64,000 nucleotides of DNA from Angustibacter luteus (lineage in GTDB: Bacteria; Actinomycetota; Actinomycetes; Actinomycetales; Angustibacteraceae). The stretch lies in assembly GCF_039541115.1 (NCBI RefSeq), contig NZ_BAABFP010000002.1, positions 310,001 through 374,000 of the forward strand, given 5' to 3'. Numbering within the stretch: position 1 is the stretch's first letter; each line of letters starts with the position of its first letter. Of the stretch, positions 1-10,158 are shown piece after piece. Both the position numbers and the translations under genes were made by a program. The notes under the pieces were generated by a model. The model did not search any database. It saw nothing but the letters and a program-made list of their open reading frames with translations, and was not told the origin of the DNA.

Positions 1-271
1 GCAGGCTGAGCGAGAAGAACACCACGACGAGGGCGGCGCCCAGCGCGGCCGACCAGGCGGCCTTGCTGCCGCCGAGGATCCCGGCGAGGACGACGGCCCC
101 GACCCCCGTCACGAGGGTCGGCACGAGCGCGGTGCGAAGCATCGCGGCGAACTGGGCACGGGTCTGCGCAGCCTCCGCCTCGGAGACCTCAGGAATGCGG
201 GCGCCCTCGTCCACGGGACGAGCATCCTCGGTTACGAGGCTCGTGGCGAGTGGACGGTCGTCCTTGGCCAT
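1..271 (-). CDS. AtpI-like membrane protein, first gene of the ATP synthase locus (runs off the left edge)
   Basis: Hand-translated from ATG at 271: MAKDDRPLATS...MLRTALVPTLVTGVGAVVLAGILGGSKAAWSAALGAALVVVFFSLSL, open to the edge. Hydrophobic helices; position after rfe matches the actinobacterial rfe-atpI-atpB order. Not in the ORF track. Confidence 0.65.
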   Translation of the reverse strand, partial: MAKDDRPLATSLVTEDARPVDEGARIPEVSEAEAAQTRAQFAAMLRTALVPTLVTGVGAVVLAGILGGSKAAWSAALGAALVVVFFSLSL

Positions 272-340
272 CACGGGGGCCTGCCTTTCGGCGGCTCGAG
301 GGGTGGTCGTCGGGCAGAAGCTGGGGCGTTGCCGTGCTGC

Positions 341-358
341 TTGTGAATGCTATCACAA
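341..358. promoter_or_regulatory. Rex (ROP)/CRP-type operator
   Basis: TTGTGAATGCTATCACAA: one mismatch to Rex TTGTGAA-N4-TTCACAA and a perfect TGTGA-N6-TCACA, 70 bp upstream of the atpI-like start. Confidence 0.65.
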
Positions 359-426
359 GCGTCTTCACACGTTGTTCACACGGGGGCGGGCGCTGGGACC
401 CCGCGCCCGCCCGCGTGCTGACGGCC

Positions 427-813
427 TCAGCGGATGGTGACCCAACCACCTTCCTGGGAGGCCAGGGTGGACTTCAGCAGCTCCTCCACGCGGATCCCGG
501 AGGTGGTGCTCGCCGTGCTGAACGTGAACGGCACGCTGGTGTTGTTCCCGTTCTTGTTGTCCACGACGAGCGCGCAGCAGTCCTTCTTGAAGTGGACGTA
601 CAACCGCACCCACTTGTTGTCGCCCGCGGTGTCGTAGAGCCGCCCGGTCACGTACAGCCGACCGCCGCTCACGTACCAGGTGCCGCTCGCCTGCACCCCG
701 GTCAGACCACTACTGCTCCACGACGTCGACGCCGCCTGTGCGCCGCTGGGGGCTACCAGCAACGTCGTGGCTGCCAGCCCGACCGTCGCCAACCCCATGA
801 CTGCCTTGCGCAT
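427..813 (-). CDS. Small secreted hypothetical protein (128 aa)
   Basis: GGGAGG RBS before ATG 813; Sec signal MRKAVMGLATVGLAATTLLVAPSGAQA (AQA site); beta-rich mature part. Confidence 0.7.
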   Translation of the reverse strand: MRKAVMGLATVGLAATTLLVAPSGAQAASTSWSSSGLTGVQASGTWYVSGGRLYVTGRLYDTAGDNKWVRLYVHFKKDCCALVVDNKNGNNTSVPFTFSTASTTSGIRVEELLKSTLASQEGGWVTIR

Positions 814-897
814 GTGCACCTCCCGTTCCGCCCGGCACCGTTGCCGGGTCGGGCGCACACGCTAGGGGAACATTGGGGACGAAAGGGACCTTTTCGA

Positions 898-2034
898 CTA
901 ATTCGACGTGTCCGATTCCGCGGACTGGCGCACGGCGCTGAGGCGCCGGCTGACCGGCCCCGAGATCGTCATCGCGACCGCCACCAGGAAGAGCGCCACG
1001 ATCACCACGACCGCCCAGTGCAGCGGCAGCAGCGCCAACGCGGCCATGCCGAACGCCACCAGCGCGGCCCACAGGTAGAGCGAGAGCACCGCCCCCGCGT
1101 GCGAGTGGCCGAGGGCCAGCATCTGGTGGTGCAGGTGCTGGGCGTCCGGTTGCCACGGCAGGCGGCCGGCCCTCGTGCGTCGCACGATCGCCAGGACGAG
1201 GTCGAGCAGCGGCACCACGAGCACCGCGATGGGCATCAGCAACGGGAACAGGTAGAGCAGCTCCGGCGGCAGGTCCCCCGCGCTGAGCGCCGCCGGGTCG
1301 ATGTTGCCGGTCAGCGAGATCGTCGCGGCCGACAGCAGCAGCCCGAGCAGCATGGCCCCGGTGTCGCCCATGAAGATCTTCGCCGGGTTGAAGTTGAACG
1401 GCAGGAAGCCCAGGCAGCACCCGATCAGCACCGCGGCGATCAGCGAGGCGACCGAGAAGACGTTGGTCGCGTAGTCCTTCGAGATCGAGTACGCGTAGGC
1501 GAAGAACCCGATCGCCGCGATGCAGGTGATGCCCGCCGCCAGCCCGTCCAGGCCGTCCACGAAGTTCACCGCGTTCATCGTGGTCACCACGACCAGCACC
1601 GTGATCGCGACCAGGGCGGTCGTCGGCAGGTACGTCACCCCGAAGACGGGCAGCGACAGCATCTGCACGCCCTGAAACGCCATCACCCCGGCTGCCAGCA
1701 GCTGGCCGGCGAACTTCGTCCACGCCTCCAGACCCCAGATGTCGTCGGCGATGCCCAGCGCGACGACGAGCGTGGCGCCCAGCAGGACCGCCTGCAGGTC
1801 GCTGTTGTCCTGCGTCACGGTGTGCAGGAACGGCAGGTGGCTGGCCACCAGCAGCGCGACGACGAAGCCGGCGAAGATCGCCAGCCCACCCAGGCGCGGC
1901 ATCGGCACCGCGTGCACGTCCCGGTCCCGGACGGCGGTCACCCAGCCCCGCCGGACGGCCAGCGTCCGCACGACCGGGGTCAGCACGTACGTCACGGCGG
2001 CCGCGACCAGGAGGACGAAGAGGTACTCGCGCAC
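898..2034 (-). CDS. wecA: Polyprenyl-phosphate GlcNAc-1-phosphate transferase (WecA/Rfe, MraY/GT4 family)
   Basis: PRLGG, DD, NAVNFVDGLDGL, FNFNPAKIFMGDTG and HLHH motifs; polytopic membrane protein. Confidence 0.92.
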   Translation of the reverse strand: MREYLFVLLVAAAVTYVLTPVVRTLAVRRGWVTAVRDRDVHAVPMPRLGGLAIFAGFVVALLVASHLPFLHTVTQDNSDLQAVLLGATLVVALGIADDIWGLEAWTKFAGQLLAAGVMAFQGVQMLSLPVFGVTYLPTTALVAITVLVVVTTMNAVNFVDGLDGLAAGITCIAAIGFFAYAYSISKDYATNVFSVASLIAAVLIGCCLGFLPFNFNPAKIFMGDTGAMLLGLLLSAATISLTGNIDPAALSAGDLPPELLYLFPLLMPIAVLVVPLLDLVLAIVRRTRAGRLPWQPDAQHLHHQMLALGHSHAGAVLSLYLWAALVAFGMAALALLPLHWAVVVIVALFLVAVAMTISGPVSRRLSAVRQSAESDTSN

Positions 2035-2068
2035 TCAGCGCCCCCCGGCCGCCTGACGGGTCACCGGG

Positions 2069-3346
2069 TCAGCTCCGGGGGTACGCCGGGAAGGCCGTCA
2101 CCAGGTCGCTGACGTCGGCGCGGACCTCGCGGGCCACCGCGTGCTGCGGGTCGCCGTCCGTCTCCTTCACCGCGCGGGCGATCAGCCCGGCGATCGCCGT
2201 CATCTGCTCCTCGCCCATGCCCTGCGTGGTCACGGACGGGCTGCCGACCCGGATGCCCGAGGCGATGCTCGGCGGCTGCGGGTCGTTGGGGATGGCGTTC
2301 TTGTTCAGCACGATGCCCGCCGCGTCGCAGCGGGCCTCGGCGTCCTTGCCGGTCACGCCGGTCTCCGCCAGGTCGAGCAGCGCCAGGTGCGTGTCGGTGC
2401 CGCCGGTGACCGGGCGCATGCCGTGCTCGCCGAGCCCCTTGGTCAGGGCCTGCGCGTTCGCGATCACCTGGCGGGCGTAGGCCTGGTACTCCGGCGTCAT
2501 GCACTCCTTGAGGTTGACCGCCTTCGCCGCGACGGCGTGCATCAGCGGGCCACCCTGCATCATCGGGAAGACCGCCTTGTCGAGCTTGGCGGCGTGCTCG
2601 GCCTTGCAGACCAGCGCCCCACCCCGCGGCCCGCGTAGCACCTTGTGCGTGGTGAACGTGACGACGTCCGCGTACGGCACCGGGCTGGGGATGGCCTTGC
2701 CGGCCACCAGGCCGATGAAGTGCGCCGCGTCCACCATCAGGATCGCGCCGACCTCGTCGGCGATCTCGCGGAACGCCTTGAAGTCGATCAGCCGCGGGAT
2801 GGCCGAGCCGCCGCAGATGATCATCTTCGGCTTGTGCTCGCGGGCCAGGTCGCGCGCCTGGTCGTAGTCGATGTCCTCGGTCTTGGCGTCCACGCCGTAG
2901 TGCACGGCGTTGAACCACTTGCCGCTGAACGACACCTTGGTGCCGTGGGTCAGGTGGCCGCCGTGAGGCAGGCTCATCGCCAGCACGGTGTCACCCGGCT
3001 GGCAGAAGGCGCCGTAGGCGGCGATGTTCGCGTTGGCGCCCGAGTGCGGCTGCAGGTTCGCGTGCTCGGCGCCGAACAGCTCCTTGGCCCGCTCGATGCC
3101 CAGCTCCTCGGCCCGGTCGACGACCTCGCAGCCGCCGTAGTAGCGCCGCCCGGGGTAGCCCTCGGCGTACTTGTTGCTGAGCGTGGAGCCCAGCGCGGCC
3201 AGCACCGCCGGCGACGTGAAGTTCTCGCTCGCGATGAGCTGCAGGCCGGACCGCAACCGGTCCAGCTCGTCGACCACCACGGCCGCGATCTCGGGATCCT
3301 GGGCGCTGAGGGCGTCGAAGTCGGGACCCCAGAACGTCTCGCTCAT
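2069..3346 (-). CDS. glyA: Serine hydroxymethyltransferase
   Basis: LIASEN, NKYAEGYPGRRYYGG, GGHLTHG and TTHKVLRGPRGG (PLP lysine). Confidence 0.97.
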   Translation of the reverse strand: MSETFWGPDFDALSAQDPEIAAVVVDELDRLRSGLQLIASENFTSPAVLAALGSTLSNKYAEGYPGRRYYGGCEVVDRAEELGIERAKELFGAEHANLQPHSGANANIAAYGAFCQPGDTVLAMSLPHGGHLTHGTKVSFSGKWFNAVHYGVDAKTEDIDYDQARDLAREHKPKMIICGGSAIPRLIDFKAFREIADEVGAILMVDAAHFIGLVAGKAIPSPVPYADVVTFTTHKVLRGPRGGALVCKAEHAAKLDKAVFPMMQGGPLMHAVAAKAVNLKECMTPEYQAYARQVIANAQALTKGLGEHGMRPVTGGTDTHLALLDLAETGVTGKDAEARCDAAGIVLNKNAIPNDPQPPSIASGIRVGSPSVTTQGMGEEQMTAIAGLIARAVKETDGDPQHAVAREVRADVSDLVTAFPAYPRS

Positions 3347-3409
3347 GATGGCTTCTCCTGTGATGGGGAGGGTGCGGTGGACGTGGCGCAGCGGGTGGCC
3401 GCGATCACT

Positions 3410-4078
3410 CTATTGGGCCGCGGGCGGCAGATCGGACTCGACCTGCCCGGCGACCGCTCGCAACCGCTCGAGCGGGATCGGGCCGGCCCGCAGCACGCGG
3501 GGCACCGCTCCGGTGACGTCCACGATGGTCGACGCGGTGCCGGTCGGGCTCGGGCCGCCGTCCAGGTAGATGCTGACCGCCTCGCCGAGCTGGGCCTGCG
3601 CCTCGTCGACGGTCGTGGCCGGCGGCTCGCCGGTCCGGTTCGCACTGGTCACGGCCATCGGGCCGGTCAGCTCGAGCACCGCGAGCGCCACCCGGTGCAG
3701 CGGCATGCGCAGCGCGACGGTGCCGTTCGTCTCCCCCAGGTCCCAGTCCAGCGACGGTACGGCCCGGCAGACGATGGTGAGCGGGCCGGGCCAGAACGCG
3801 GCGACCAGCTCGCGGGCGGCGTCGCTGACGCCGGTGGCCAGCCCGTCCAACGTGCGGGGGTTCGGCACCAGCACCGGCGGCGGGACGTCACGCCCACGGC
3901 CCTTCGCGGCGAGCACAGCGGCCACGGCGTTGCGGTCGAAGGCGTCCGCCCCCACGCCGTACACGGTGTCGGTGGGCATCACGATGACCTCGCCGCGCTG
4001 AACGGCGTCCGCGGCGAGCTTGGCGCCGGTCGTGCGCCCGGTGTCGGTCTTGGCGTCCATACGGTTCACGAGCGACAT
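3410..4078 (-). CDS. tsaC: L-threonylcarbamoyladenylate synthase (Sua5/YrdC)
   Basis: PTDTVYG, KGR, FWPGPLT, TSAN and STIVD motifs; follows prmC. Confidence 0.93.
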   Translation of the reverse strand: MSLVNRMDAKTDTGRTTGAKLAADAVQRGEVIVMPTDTVYGVGADAFDRNAVAAVLAAKGRGRDVPPPVLVPNPRTLDGLATGVSDAARELVAAFWPGPLTIVCRAVPSLDWDLGETNGTVALRMPLHRVALAVLELTGPMAVTSANRTGEPPATTVDEAQAQLGEAVSIYLDGGPSPTGTASTIVDVTGAVPRVLRAGPIPLERLRAVAGQVESDLPPAAQ

Positions 4079-4165
4079 CCTGGCAGGCTGCCTACCGTGA
4101 CGTCCGAAGGCGTCGCGGCAACAGGTGCGATCCGTTCGGACGTCAGCGGCGCGCGGCGGTGCCGG

Positions 4166-5035
4166 TCAGGCGCGGCGGGCCGAGACGAGCCGCGGGGTGC
4201 CGGTGAGGTCCGGATGCCCCGCGGCCTCCCGCCAGAGCCCGGACGACGTCAGCGTCCGCAGCAGCGCGACCTGCTGGACGTCGGCGTGCTCGACCACCAG
4301 CAGCCCGCCGGGGCGCAGGAGGCGCGCGGCGGCGACCACGACCGCCCGCGGCACCTGCAGGCCGTCGGCCCCGAGCCCGTACAGCGCGACCTCGGGGTCG
4401 TGGTCGCGCACCTCGGGGTCCACCGGCACCTGGTCCGGCGGGATGTACGGCGGGTTGCTCACCACGACGTCGACCGCGCCGTCCAGGTCGTCGAAGGCGG
4501 ACGACGCGTCGCCGGTCCGCAGGTCGACCGCCGGGGCGAGCCGCGCCACGTTCACCGCGGCCCAGGCGACCGCCTGCTCGGACAGCTCGACGGCGTGCAC
4601 CTGCGCACCCGGCACCTCGGTCGCCACGGCGAGCGCGATGGCGCCGGACCCGGTGCACAGGTCGACCACCACCGGACGACGCCCCGCCCCGACCAGCGCC
4701 CGGGCCTCGTCGATCGCCGGCTGGGCCACCGACTCCGTCTCCGGGCGCGGCACGAAGACCCCCGGCCCGACGGCCAGCTCCAGGTCGCGGAAAGGTGCCG
4801 TCCCGGTCAGGTGCTGCAGCGGGACGCGCCGCGCCCGCTCGTCGACGAGGTCGTCGAACCGCTCGTCGAGCCGGACGTCGTCCCCGCGCAAGGCCGCCAC
4901 GGCCACGTCGGCGCGGCTCAGGCCCAGCACGTGCCCGGCCAGCACCTCGGCGTCGTGCCGGGCGCTGGGCACGCCGGCCACGGTCAGCCGCGCGGTGGCC
5001 GCCCGCAGCTGGTCGGCGAGGCTGGTGGGGCTCAC
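4166..5035 (-). CDS. prmC: Release factor glutamine methyltransferase (HemK)
   Basis: [26 protein letters not shown] and SNPPY. GTG start overlaps the prfA stop; the track ORF is over-extended to 5596. Confidence 0.95.
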   Translation of the reverse strand: MSPTSLADQLRAATARLTVAGVPSARHDAEVLAGHVLGLSRADVAVAALRGDDVRLDERFDDLVDERARRVPLQHLTGTAPFRDLELAVGPGVFVPRPETESVAQPAIDEARALVGAGRRPVVVDLCTGSGAIALAVATEVPGAQVHAVELSEQAVAWAAVNVARLAPAVDLRTGDASSAFDDLDGAVDVVVSNPPYIPPDQVPVDPEVRDHDPEVALYGLGADGLQVPRAVVVAAARLLRPGGLLVVEHADVQQVALLRTLTSSGLWREAAGHPDLTGTPRLVSARRA

Positions 5036-6108
5036 TCGGCCATCGCGGCGAGCTGGGCGGCCTCGTCGGCGTCCACCGCGGACTGCACGACCGCGTCCAG
5101 GTCGCCGTCCAGCACGGTGTCCAGGTTGTAGGACTTGTAGCCGGTGCGGTGGTCGCTGATCCGGTTCTCGGGGAAGTTGTAGGTGCGGATCCGCTCCGAG
5201 CGGTCGACGGTGCGCACCTGGCTGCGCCGCACCGCGGACGCCTCCGCCTCGGCCTGCTCCTGGGCCAGCGCGTGCAGCCGGGCCCGCAGGATGCGCATCG
5301 CGCTCTCGCGGTTCTGCAGCTGGCTCTTCTCGTTCTGGCACGACACGACCAGACCGGTCGGCAGGTGGGTGATCCGCACGGCCGAGTCGGTGGTGTTCAC
5401 GCTCTGGCCGCCGGGCCCGGAGGAGCGGAAGACGTCGATCCGGACGTCGTTCGGGCCGATCTCGAGCGCGACCTCCTCGTCCGGCTCCGGCACCACCAGG
5501 ACACCGGCCGCCGAGGTGTGGATCCGTCCCTGCGACTCGGTCACCGGCACCCGCTGGACCCGGTGCACGCCGCCCTCGTACTTCAGCCGCGACCACACGC
5601 CATGGCCCGGCTCGGGGGTGCCCTTGGCCTTCACCGCGACCGACACGTCCTTGTAGCCGCCGAGGTCGGACTCGGTCGCGTCCAGCAGCTGGGTGCTCCA
5701 GCCGGACCGCTCGGCGAAGCGCAGGTACATCCGCAGCAGGTCCGCGGCGAACAGGGCCGACTCCTCGCCGCCCTCACCCGCCTTGACCTCGAGGATCACG
5801 TCGCGGTCGTCGTCCGGGTCGCGCGGCACGAGCAGGCGGCGCAGGTGGTCGGCGGTGGACTGCTCGACCTCGGTCAGCGCGGGCAGCTCGTCGGCGAACG
5901 AGTGGTCGTCGGCGGCCAGCTCACGAGCCGCCTGGACGTCGTCGCGCGCGCTCAGCCAGGCCGCCCGTGCCGCGACCACCGGGGTCAGCTCGGCGTACCG
6001 GCGGGCGAGCCGGCGGGCCAGCGGCTGGTCCGTGTGCACCTCCGGGTCGGCGAGCCGGCGCTCGAGCTCGGCGTGCTCGGCGAGGAGGGCGTCGACGGCG
6101 TCCTGCAC
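5032..6108 (-). CDS. prfA: Peptide chain release factor 1
   Basis: GGQ (GPGGQSVN), PVT anticodon loop (VQRVPVTES) and [14 protein letters not shown]. Confidence 0.97.
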   Translation of the reverse strand: MQDAVDALLAEHAELERRLADPEVHTDQPLARRLARRYAELTPVVAARAAWLSARDDVQAARELAADDHSFADELPALTEVEQSTADHLRRLLVPRDPDDDRDVILEVKAGEGGEESALFAADLLRMYLRFAERSGWSTQLLDATESDLGGYKDVSVAVKAKGTPEPGHGVWSRLKYEGGVHRVQRVPVTESQGRIHTSAAGVLVVPEPDEEVALEIGPNDVRIDVFRSSGPGGQSVNTTDSAVRITHLPTGLVVSCQNEKSQLQNRESAMRILRARLHALAQEQAEAEASAVRRSQVRTVDRSERIRTYNFPENRISDHRTGYKSYNLDTVLDGDLDAVVQSAVDADEAAQLAAMAE

Positions 6109-6124
6109 CTGGGGCTCCTCAGCT

Positions 6125-6145
6125 GGGGCGAACGTGCATGATCAC
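6125..6145. repeat. Half copy of a REP-like palindrome
   Basis: GGGGCGAACGTGCATGATCAC is identical to the arms at 53332 and 54630. Confidence 0.75.
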
Positions 6146-6163
6146 GAGGGGGCGCAAAAGCGA

Positions 6164-6195
6164 CGGTGCCGGCGCCCCGAGGGGCACCGGCACCG
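6164..6195 (-). terminator. Intrinsic terminator after rpmE
   Basis: 15-bp stem CGGTGCCGGTGCCCC/GGGGCGCCGGCACCG (one G-U) followed by TCGCTTTT on the minus strand. Confidence 0.7.
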
Positions 6196-6203
6196 CGGAA
6201 GAG

Positions 6204-6431
6204 CTACTTGGCCTCGGCCTTGTCGTCCTTCTTGCCGTAGCGAGCCTGGAACCGGGCGACGCGACCGCCGGTGTCCATGAGCTTCTGCTTGCCGGTGTAG
6301 AACGGGTGGCACTGGCTGCACACGTCGGCGTGCATCGTGCCGGACGGCAGCGTGCTGCGCGTGGTGAACTCGGCGCCACAGGTGCAGGTGACCTTGGTGT
6401 CGATGTACTCGGGGTGGATGTCCTTCTTCAC
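6204..6431 (-). CDS. rpmE: 50S ribosomal protein bL31, zinc-binding (C+) type
   Basis: [13 protein letters not shown]...[13 protein letters not shown] and GGRVARF. Confidence 0.97.
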   Translation of the reverse strand: MKKDIHPEYIDTKVTCTCGAEFTTRSTLPSGTMHADVCSQCHPFYTGKQKLMDTGGRVARFQARYGKKDDKAEAK

Positions 6432-6450
6432 GATGCTCCTTGACGTTGAC

Positions 6451-6499
6451 GGTCGCCGGGTCGCCCGAGGCGGAGTGCACGAGGGCGTGAGCCGGAACC
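6451..6499 (-). promoter_or_regulatory. Probable structured L31 leader RNA
   Basis: GGTTCCGGCTCAC...GACCCGGCGACC can fold as an irregular stem in the rpmE 5' UTR. It resembles actinobacterial L31 leaders as recalled; not model-checked. Confidence 0.45.
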
Positions 6500-6577
6500 A
6501 ACGGTCCAGTGTGCCAGACCTGGCACGTGAGTCATAACCAGCGAGCAGGGGTGGACATTCCTGCTCGACTCCCCCAC

Positions 6578-8674
6578 TCAGACCCGCAGGACGTACCCGT
6601 TCGTGCCCGGCACCGCGTCGGCGTCCCAGCGCGGCAGCCGCACGGTGAACGTGGTGCCGCGGCCCTCCACGGAGTCGACGTCCACGTCACCGCCGTGCGC
6701 CGCGACGATGCCCGAGATGATCGCCAGGCCGAGGCCGGTGCCCGGGATCTGCCGCTGGGTCGCGTTGGACGCCCGGTAGAACCGGGTGAACAACGAGTCG
6801 ATCTCGGCCTTGGGGATGCCGATGCCGGTGTCCTGCACGCGCAGCAGGACGTCGTCCTGGGCGATCTCCACGCTGACCGTGACCCGCCCACGCCGTGGGG
6901 TGAACTTGACCGCGTTGCCCACGAGGTTGAGCAGCATCCGCTCGATCTGGCCCGGGTCGGCCATCAGCAGCGCGTCCACCGGCACCGGGTAGGTGTCGAT
7001 GAGGACGCCGGCCGCCTCGGCCTGGGGTCGCAGTGAGTCCACCGCGTGCTCCACCACACCGGCCAGCGCGACCGGCAGCCGCTCGCTGCGCACCGCCCCG
7101 GACTCGACCCTGGAGATGGTGAGCACGTCCTCGATGAGGTCACGCAGGCGCTGGGTGTTGCGGGCCACGATCTCGAGCATGTTGTCCTGCATCGGCTGCA
7201 GCTCACCGGCGTCACCGTCGCGCATCATCTCGACGTACCCGGCGATGCTGGTCAGCGGCGTCCGCAGCTCGTGGCTGATGGTGGACAGGAAGTCCGACTT
7301 GGTCCGGTCGAGCTCGCGCAGCTGGCCCACCACGGAGGTCTGCTGCTCGAACAGCCGCGCGTGGTGGACCGCGCGGGCCAGGTCGCTGGCCACGCTCTCC
7401 ACCAGTCCGGCGTCCGCGGCGTCGAACCGGCGCCGGCCCTCGGCGCGGGCGCAGACCAGCACGCCGATCCGCTCGTTGCCGACCATCACGGGCGCCACGA
7501 TCATCGACCCCACGCCGGCGTAGGCCCGGGCCGTGCTCAGGGCGGCGCTCGCCTGGCTGCCGCCCTGCAGGTACAGCGCGATGTCGTCCACCACGATCGA
7601 CTGGTGCCCCCGGGCGCTGACCGCGACGGCCGACTCCAGCGGGTGGGTCGGGCCGGGCGGCTCCGGGGGCAGGGTGTCCAGGGCGGGCGTCGTCCACTGT
7701 GCGGTGACGGCCCCCATCCGGCTGCCGTCGACGAACCGGACGTGCACCCGGTCCGCCTGGGCCATCGGCCCGAGACCGCAGACCACCTCCTCCGCGACCG
7801 CGTCCCCGTGCAGGTGCGCACGCATCCGGCGGTCCAGGTCGCGGGTCAGCCCGCGCACCTGCGCGCGGACGAACTCGGCGTCCCGCAGCCGCAGGCTCTG
7901 CTCAGCGAGCCGGTTGATGCTGGTCGCCACCGCGCGCATCTCCTGCGGACCACGCTGCTCGACGCGTGCCTCCAGGTCGCCCGCCGCCAGCCGGCTGAGC
8001 ACGACGCGCAGCCGGGTCAGGGCCGGCACGACCTGGTGCACGGTCAGCCAGGCCAGCAGGACGAGCCCCACGCCGGCCAGCAGCGTGGTGGCCACCAGCA
8101 CCCACAGGCTCATCCCCCAGCGCCGGTCGGCGTGCCGCAGCGAGTCGTCGATCCGGCGGTCCACCTGGTCGGCCAGCGCGTCGTTGACGTCGTAGAAGGA
8201 GAGCAGCACCGACCGGTTGGCGCGGTAGCGCTGGTCGGCCTTGGCGCGGCTGACCTTGCCCTGCGCCACCGGGTCGGCGATGGTCGAGAACCACGTGCGG
8301 ACGTCGTCGTCCTGGGCCCGGACCAGTGCACAGGACGCCGGTGCCGCCGGGCACACCTGCTCGGCGTCGGCGAGCGCCTGCCGGTACGCGCTGCGGTTGG
8401 TGGCCAGCGACGTGAGGCTCGCCTGGTCCCCGGTGATGATGTACGCCCGCAGGTCCGAGGCCGCACGCACCACGGAGTCCCGCATCTGGCTGTTCGCGCG
8501 CTGCAGCGGCAGCTCCGCCGCGGCAACCTCACGCAGCGCCCCGGACGAGGAACGGCTCAGCAGGAGGCCGCCGACTCCGGAGCCGACCACCACCAGGCCC
8601 ACCACGGCGAACCCGGCGAGCAGCCGGCGGCGGATGCTCCAGGACGGGGTGGTGACGTCGTGCTGGCTGCTCAC
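6578..8674 (-). CDS. Membrane sensor histidine kinase (TM-CHASE3-like-TM-HAMP-GAF-HisKA-HATPase)
   Basis: SHELRTP H-box, [10 protein letters not shown]-box, DTGIGI and GTGLGL G-boxes, two TM helices. GTG 8674 overlaps the upstream TGA. Confidence 0.9.
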   Translation of the reverse strand: MSSQHDVTTPSWSIRRRLLAGFAVVGLVVVGSGVGGLLLSRSSSGALREVAAAELPLQRANSQMRDSVVRAASDLRAYIITGDQASLTSLATNRSAYRQALADAEQVCPAAPASCALVRAQDDDVRTWFSTIADPVAQGKVSRAKADQRYRANRSVLLSFYDVNDALADQVDRRIDDSLRHADRRWGMSLWVLVATTLLAGVGLVLLAWLTVHQVVPALTRLRVVLSRLAAGDLEARVEQRGPQEMRAVATSINRLAEQSLRLRDAEFVRAQVRGLTRDLDRRMRAHLHGDAVAEEVVCGLGPMAQADRVHVRFVDGSRMGAVTAQWTTPALDTLPPEPPGPTHPLESAVAVSARGHQSIVVDDIALYLQGGSQASAALSTARAYAGVGSMIVAPVMVGNERIGVLVCARAEGRRRFDAADAGLVESVASDLARAVHHARLFEQQTSVVGQLRELDRTKSDFLSTISHELRTPLTSIAGYVEMMRDGDAGELQPMQDNMLEIVARNTQRLRDLIEDVLTISRVESGAVRSERLPVALAGVVEHAVDSLRPQAEAAGVLIDTYPVPVDALLMADPGQIERMLLNLVGNAVKFTPRRGRVTVSVEIAQDDVLLRVQDTGIGIPKAEIDSLFTRFYRASNATQRQIPGTGLGLAIISGIVAAHGGDVDVDSVEGRGTTFTVRLPRWDADAVPGTNGYVLRV

Positions 8675-10158
8675 GAGCCCACCCGCTCGGGCTGCTCGCT
8701 CGGGTCGGACTGCTCGGGCTTGGCCGCCTGGGTGAAGCCCACCCGGGTCATGACGCCCCACTCGTACCCGCTGCCCCGCAGCTCGTCCCACAGTCCCTGC
8801 AGCCGCCAGTAGGCGGTCAGCTGGCGGTAGCCGATGTTCTCCGCCACGGCGGCCGCGACCGTCCACAGCAGGTCGCGCCAGCGGCGGTAGCGGTGGAAGG
8901 AGAACTCCTCCAGCGCGGCCGAGGCCACGGTGAGCAGGAACGCGTAGCCGAAGGCGACCAGCGTGAACAGCACCGCGAACCGGATGTTCACGGCGCCCAC
9001 GGCCAGGCCGGCGACCATCGCGAGCAGGCCGAACAGCTCGATCACCGGTGCGATGAGCTCGAAGACCACGTAGTAGGGCAGCGTGACGAGCCCGATCCGG
9101 CCGTAGCGCGGGTTGCCGATCATGTCCCGGTGCCGCCACAGCGTCTGGGCCAGCCCCCGGTGCCAGCGGCGGCGCTGGCGGCCCAGCACGCTGCGGGTCG
9201 GCGGCACCTCCGTCCAGACGACGGGCTCGGGCACGAACACGACGCGGTAGTCCTTGCGGGCCAGCCGCATGTGCTGGTGGATCCGGGTGACCAGGTCGAA
9301 GTCCTCACCGAGGTTGGTCACATCGAGGCCACCGACACTGACCACGACGTCGCGCCGGAACATGCCGAACGCGCCGGAGATGATGGCCAGCGCCCCCAGC
9401 CGGGACCAGCCGGTGCGGCCCATCAGGAACGCCCGCAGGTACTCGACGGCCTGGATCCGGGGCAACCACGAGTTCGGCATCTGCACGTCGACCACCCGGC
9501 CCGAGGCCACGGTGCAGTCGTTGACCGCGCGCACCACTCCCCCGGTGGCCACCACCCGCGCCGGGTCGTCCGCGAAGGGCTTGCTGACCAGCAGGAGCGC
9601 GTCCGTGTCCAGCAGCGAGTCGGCGTCGACGAAGCAGACCAGCGGGTAGCGGGCCGCGTTCACGCCCATGTTGAGGGAGTCCGACCGGCCGCCGTTCTCC
9701 TTGCGCACCACCACGAGCGGGTAGGTCGCCGACACGTGCACGTCGATGAGCGCGCCGCTGGTGTGCACGTCGGTCGGCACCTCTCGCGGGACGGGGCGCA
9801 GGTCGAACGCAGCGTCCAGCGCGGCGAAGGTGTCGTCGGTGCTGCCGTCGTCGACGACCACGACCTCGAACTCCGGGTAGCGCAACGAGAGCATGCCGCG
9901 GATCGACTCGACGATGCCGACCGACTCGTTCCAGGCCGGCACGATCACCGAGACCGGCATGGTCAGCGGGCTGGCGTGCGCCTCGTCGTACCCGGCGAAG
10001 GGCACCCGCCGCAGCTGGCGGGCGAACTCCAGCGACGCCAGCACGAGCAGCAGCAGGTACGAGCTGTTGATGGCCAGGAAGTAGATGAGCACGGCGACGT
10101 CCATCACGGACAGGAGCTGGACGATCCCGGGTCTCAGCGCGTCCAGGAAGCCGCTCAT
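8671..10158 (-). CDS. Processive GT2 glycosyltransferase (PgaC/IcaA-like)
   Basis: DDGSTD, KENGG, DADS, GED and QRRRW motifs; N- and C-terminal TM helices. Confidence 0.9.
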   Translation of the reverse strand: MSGFLDALRPGIVQLLSVMDVAVLIYFLAINSSYLLLLVLASLEFARQLRRVPFAGYDEAHASPLTMPVSVIVPAWNESVGIVESIRGMLSLRYPEFEVVVVDDGSTDDTFAALDAAFDLRPVPREVPTDVHTSGALIDVHVSATYPLVVVRKENGGRSDSLNMGVNAARYPLVCFVDADSLLDTDALLLVSKPFADDPARVVATGGVVRAVNDCTVASGRVVDVQMPNSWLPRIQAVEYLRAFLMGRTGWSRLGALAIISGAFGMFRRDVVVSVGGLDVTNLGEDFDLVTRIHQHMRLARKDYRVVFVPEPVVWTEVPPTRSVLGRQRRRWHRGLAQTLWRHRDMIGNPRYGRIGLVTLPYYVVFELIAPVIELFGLLAMVAGLAVGAVNIRFAVLFTLVAFGYAFLLTVASAALEEFSFHRYRRWRDLLWTVAAAVAENIGYRQLTAYWRLQGLWDELRGSGYEWGVMTRVGFTQAAKPEQSDPSEQPERVGS

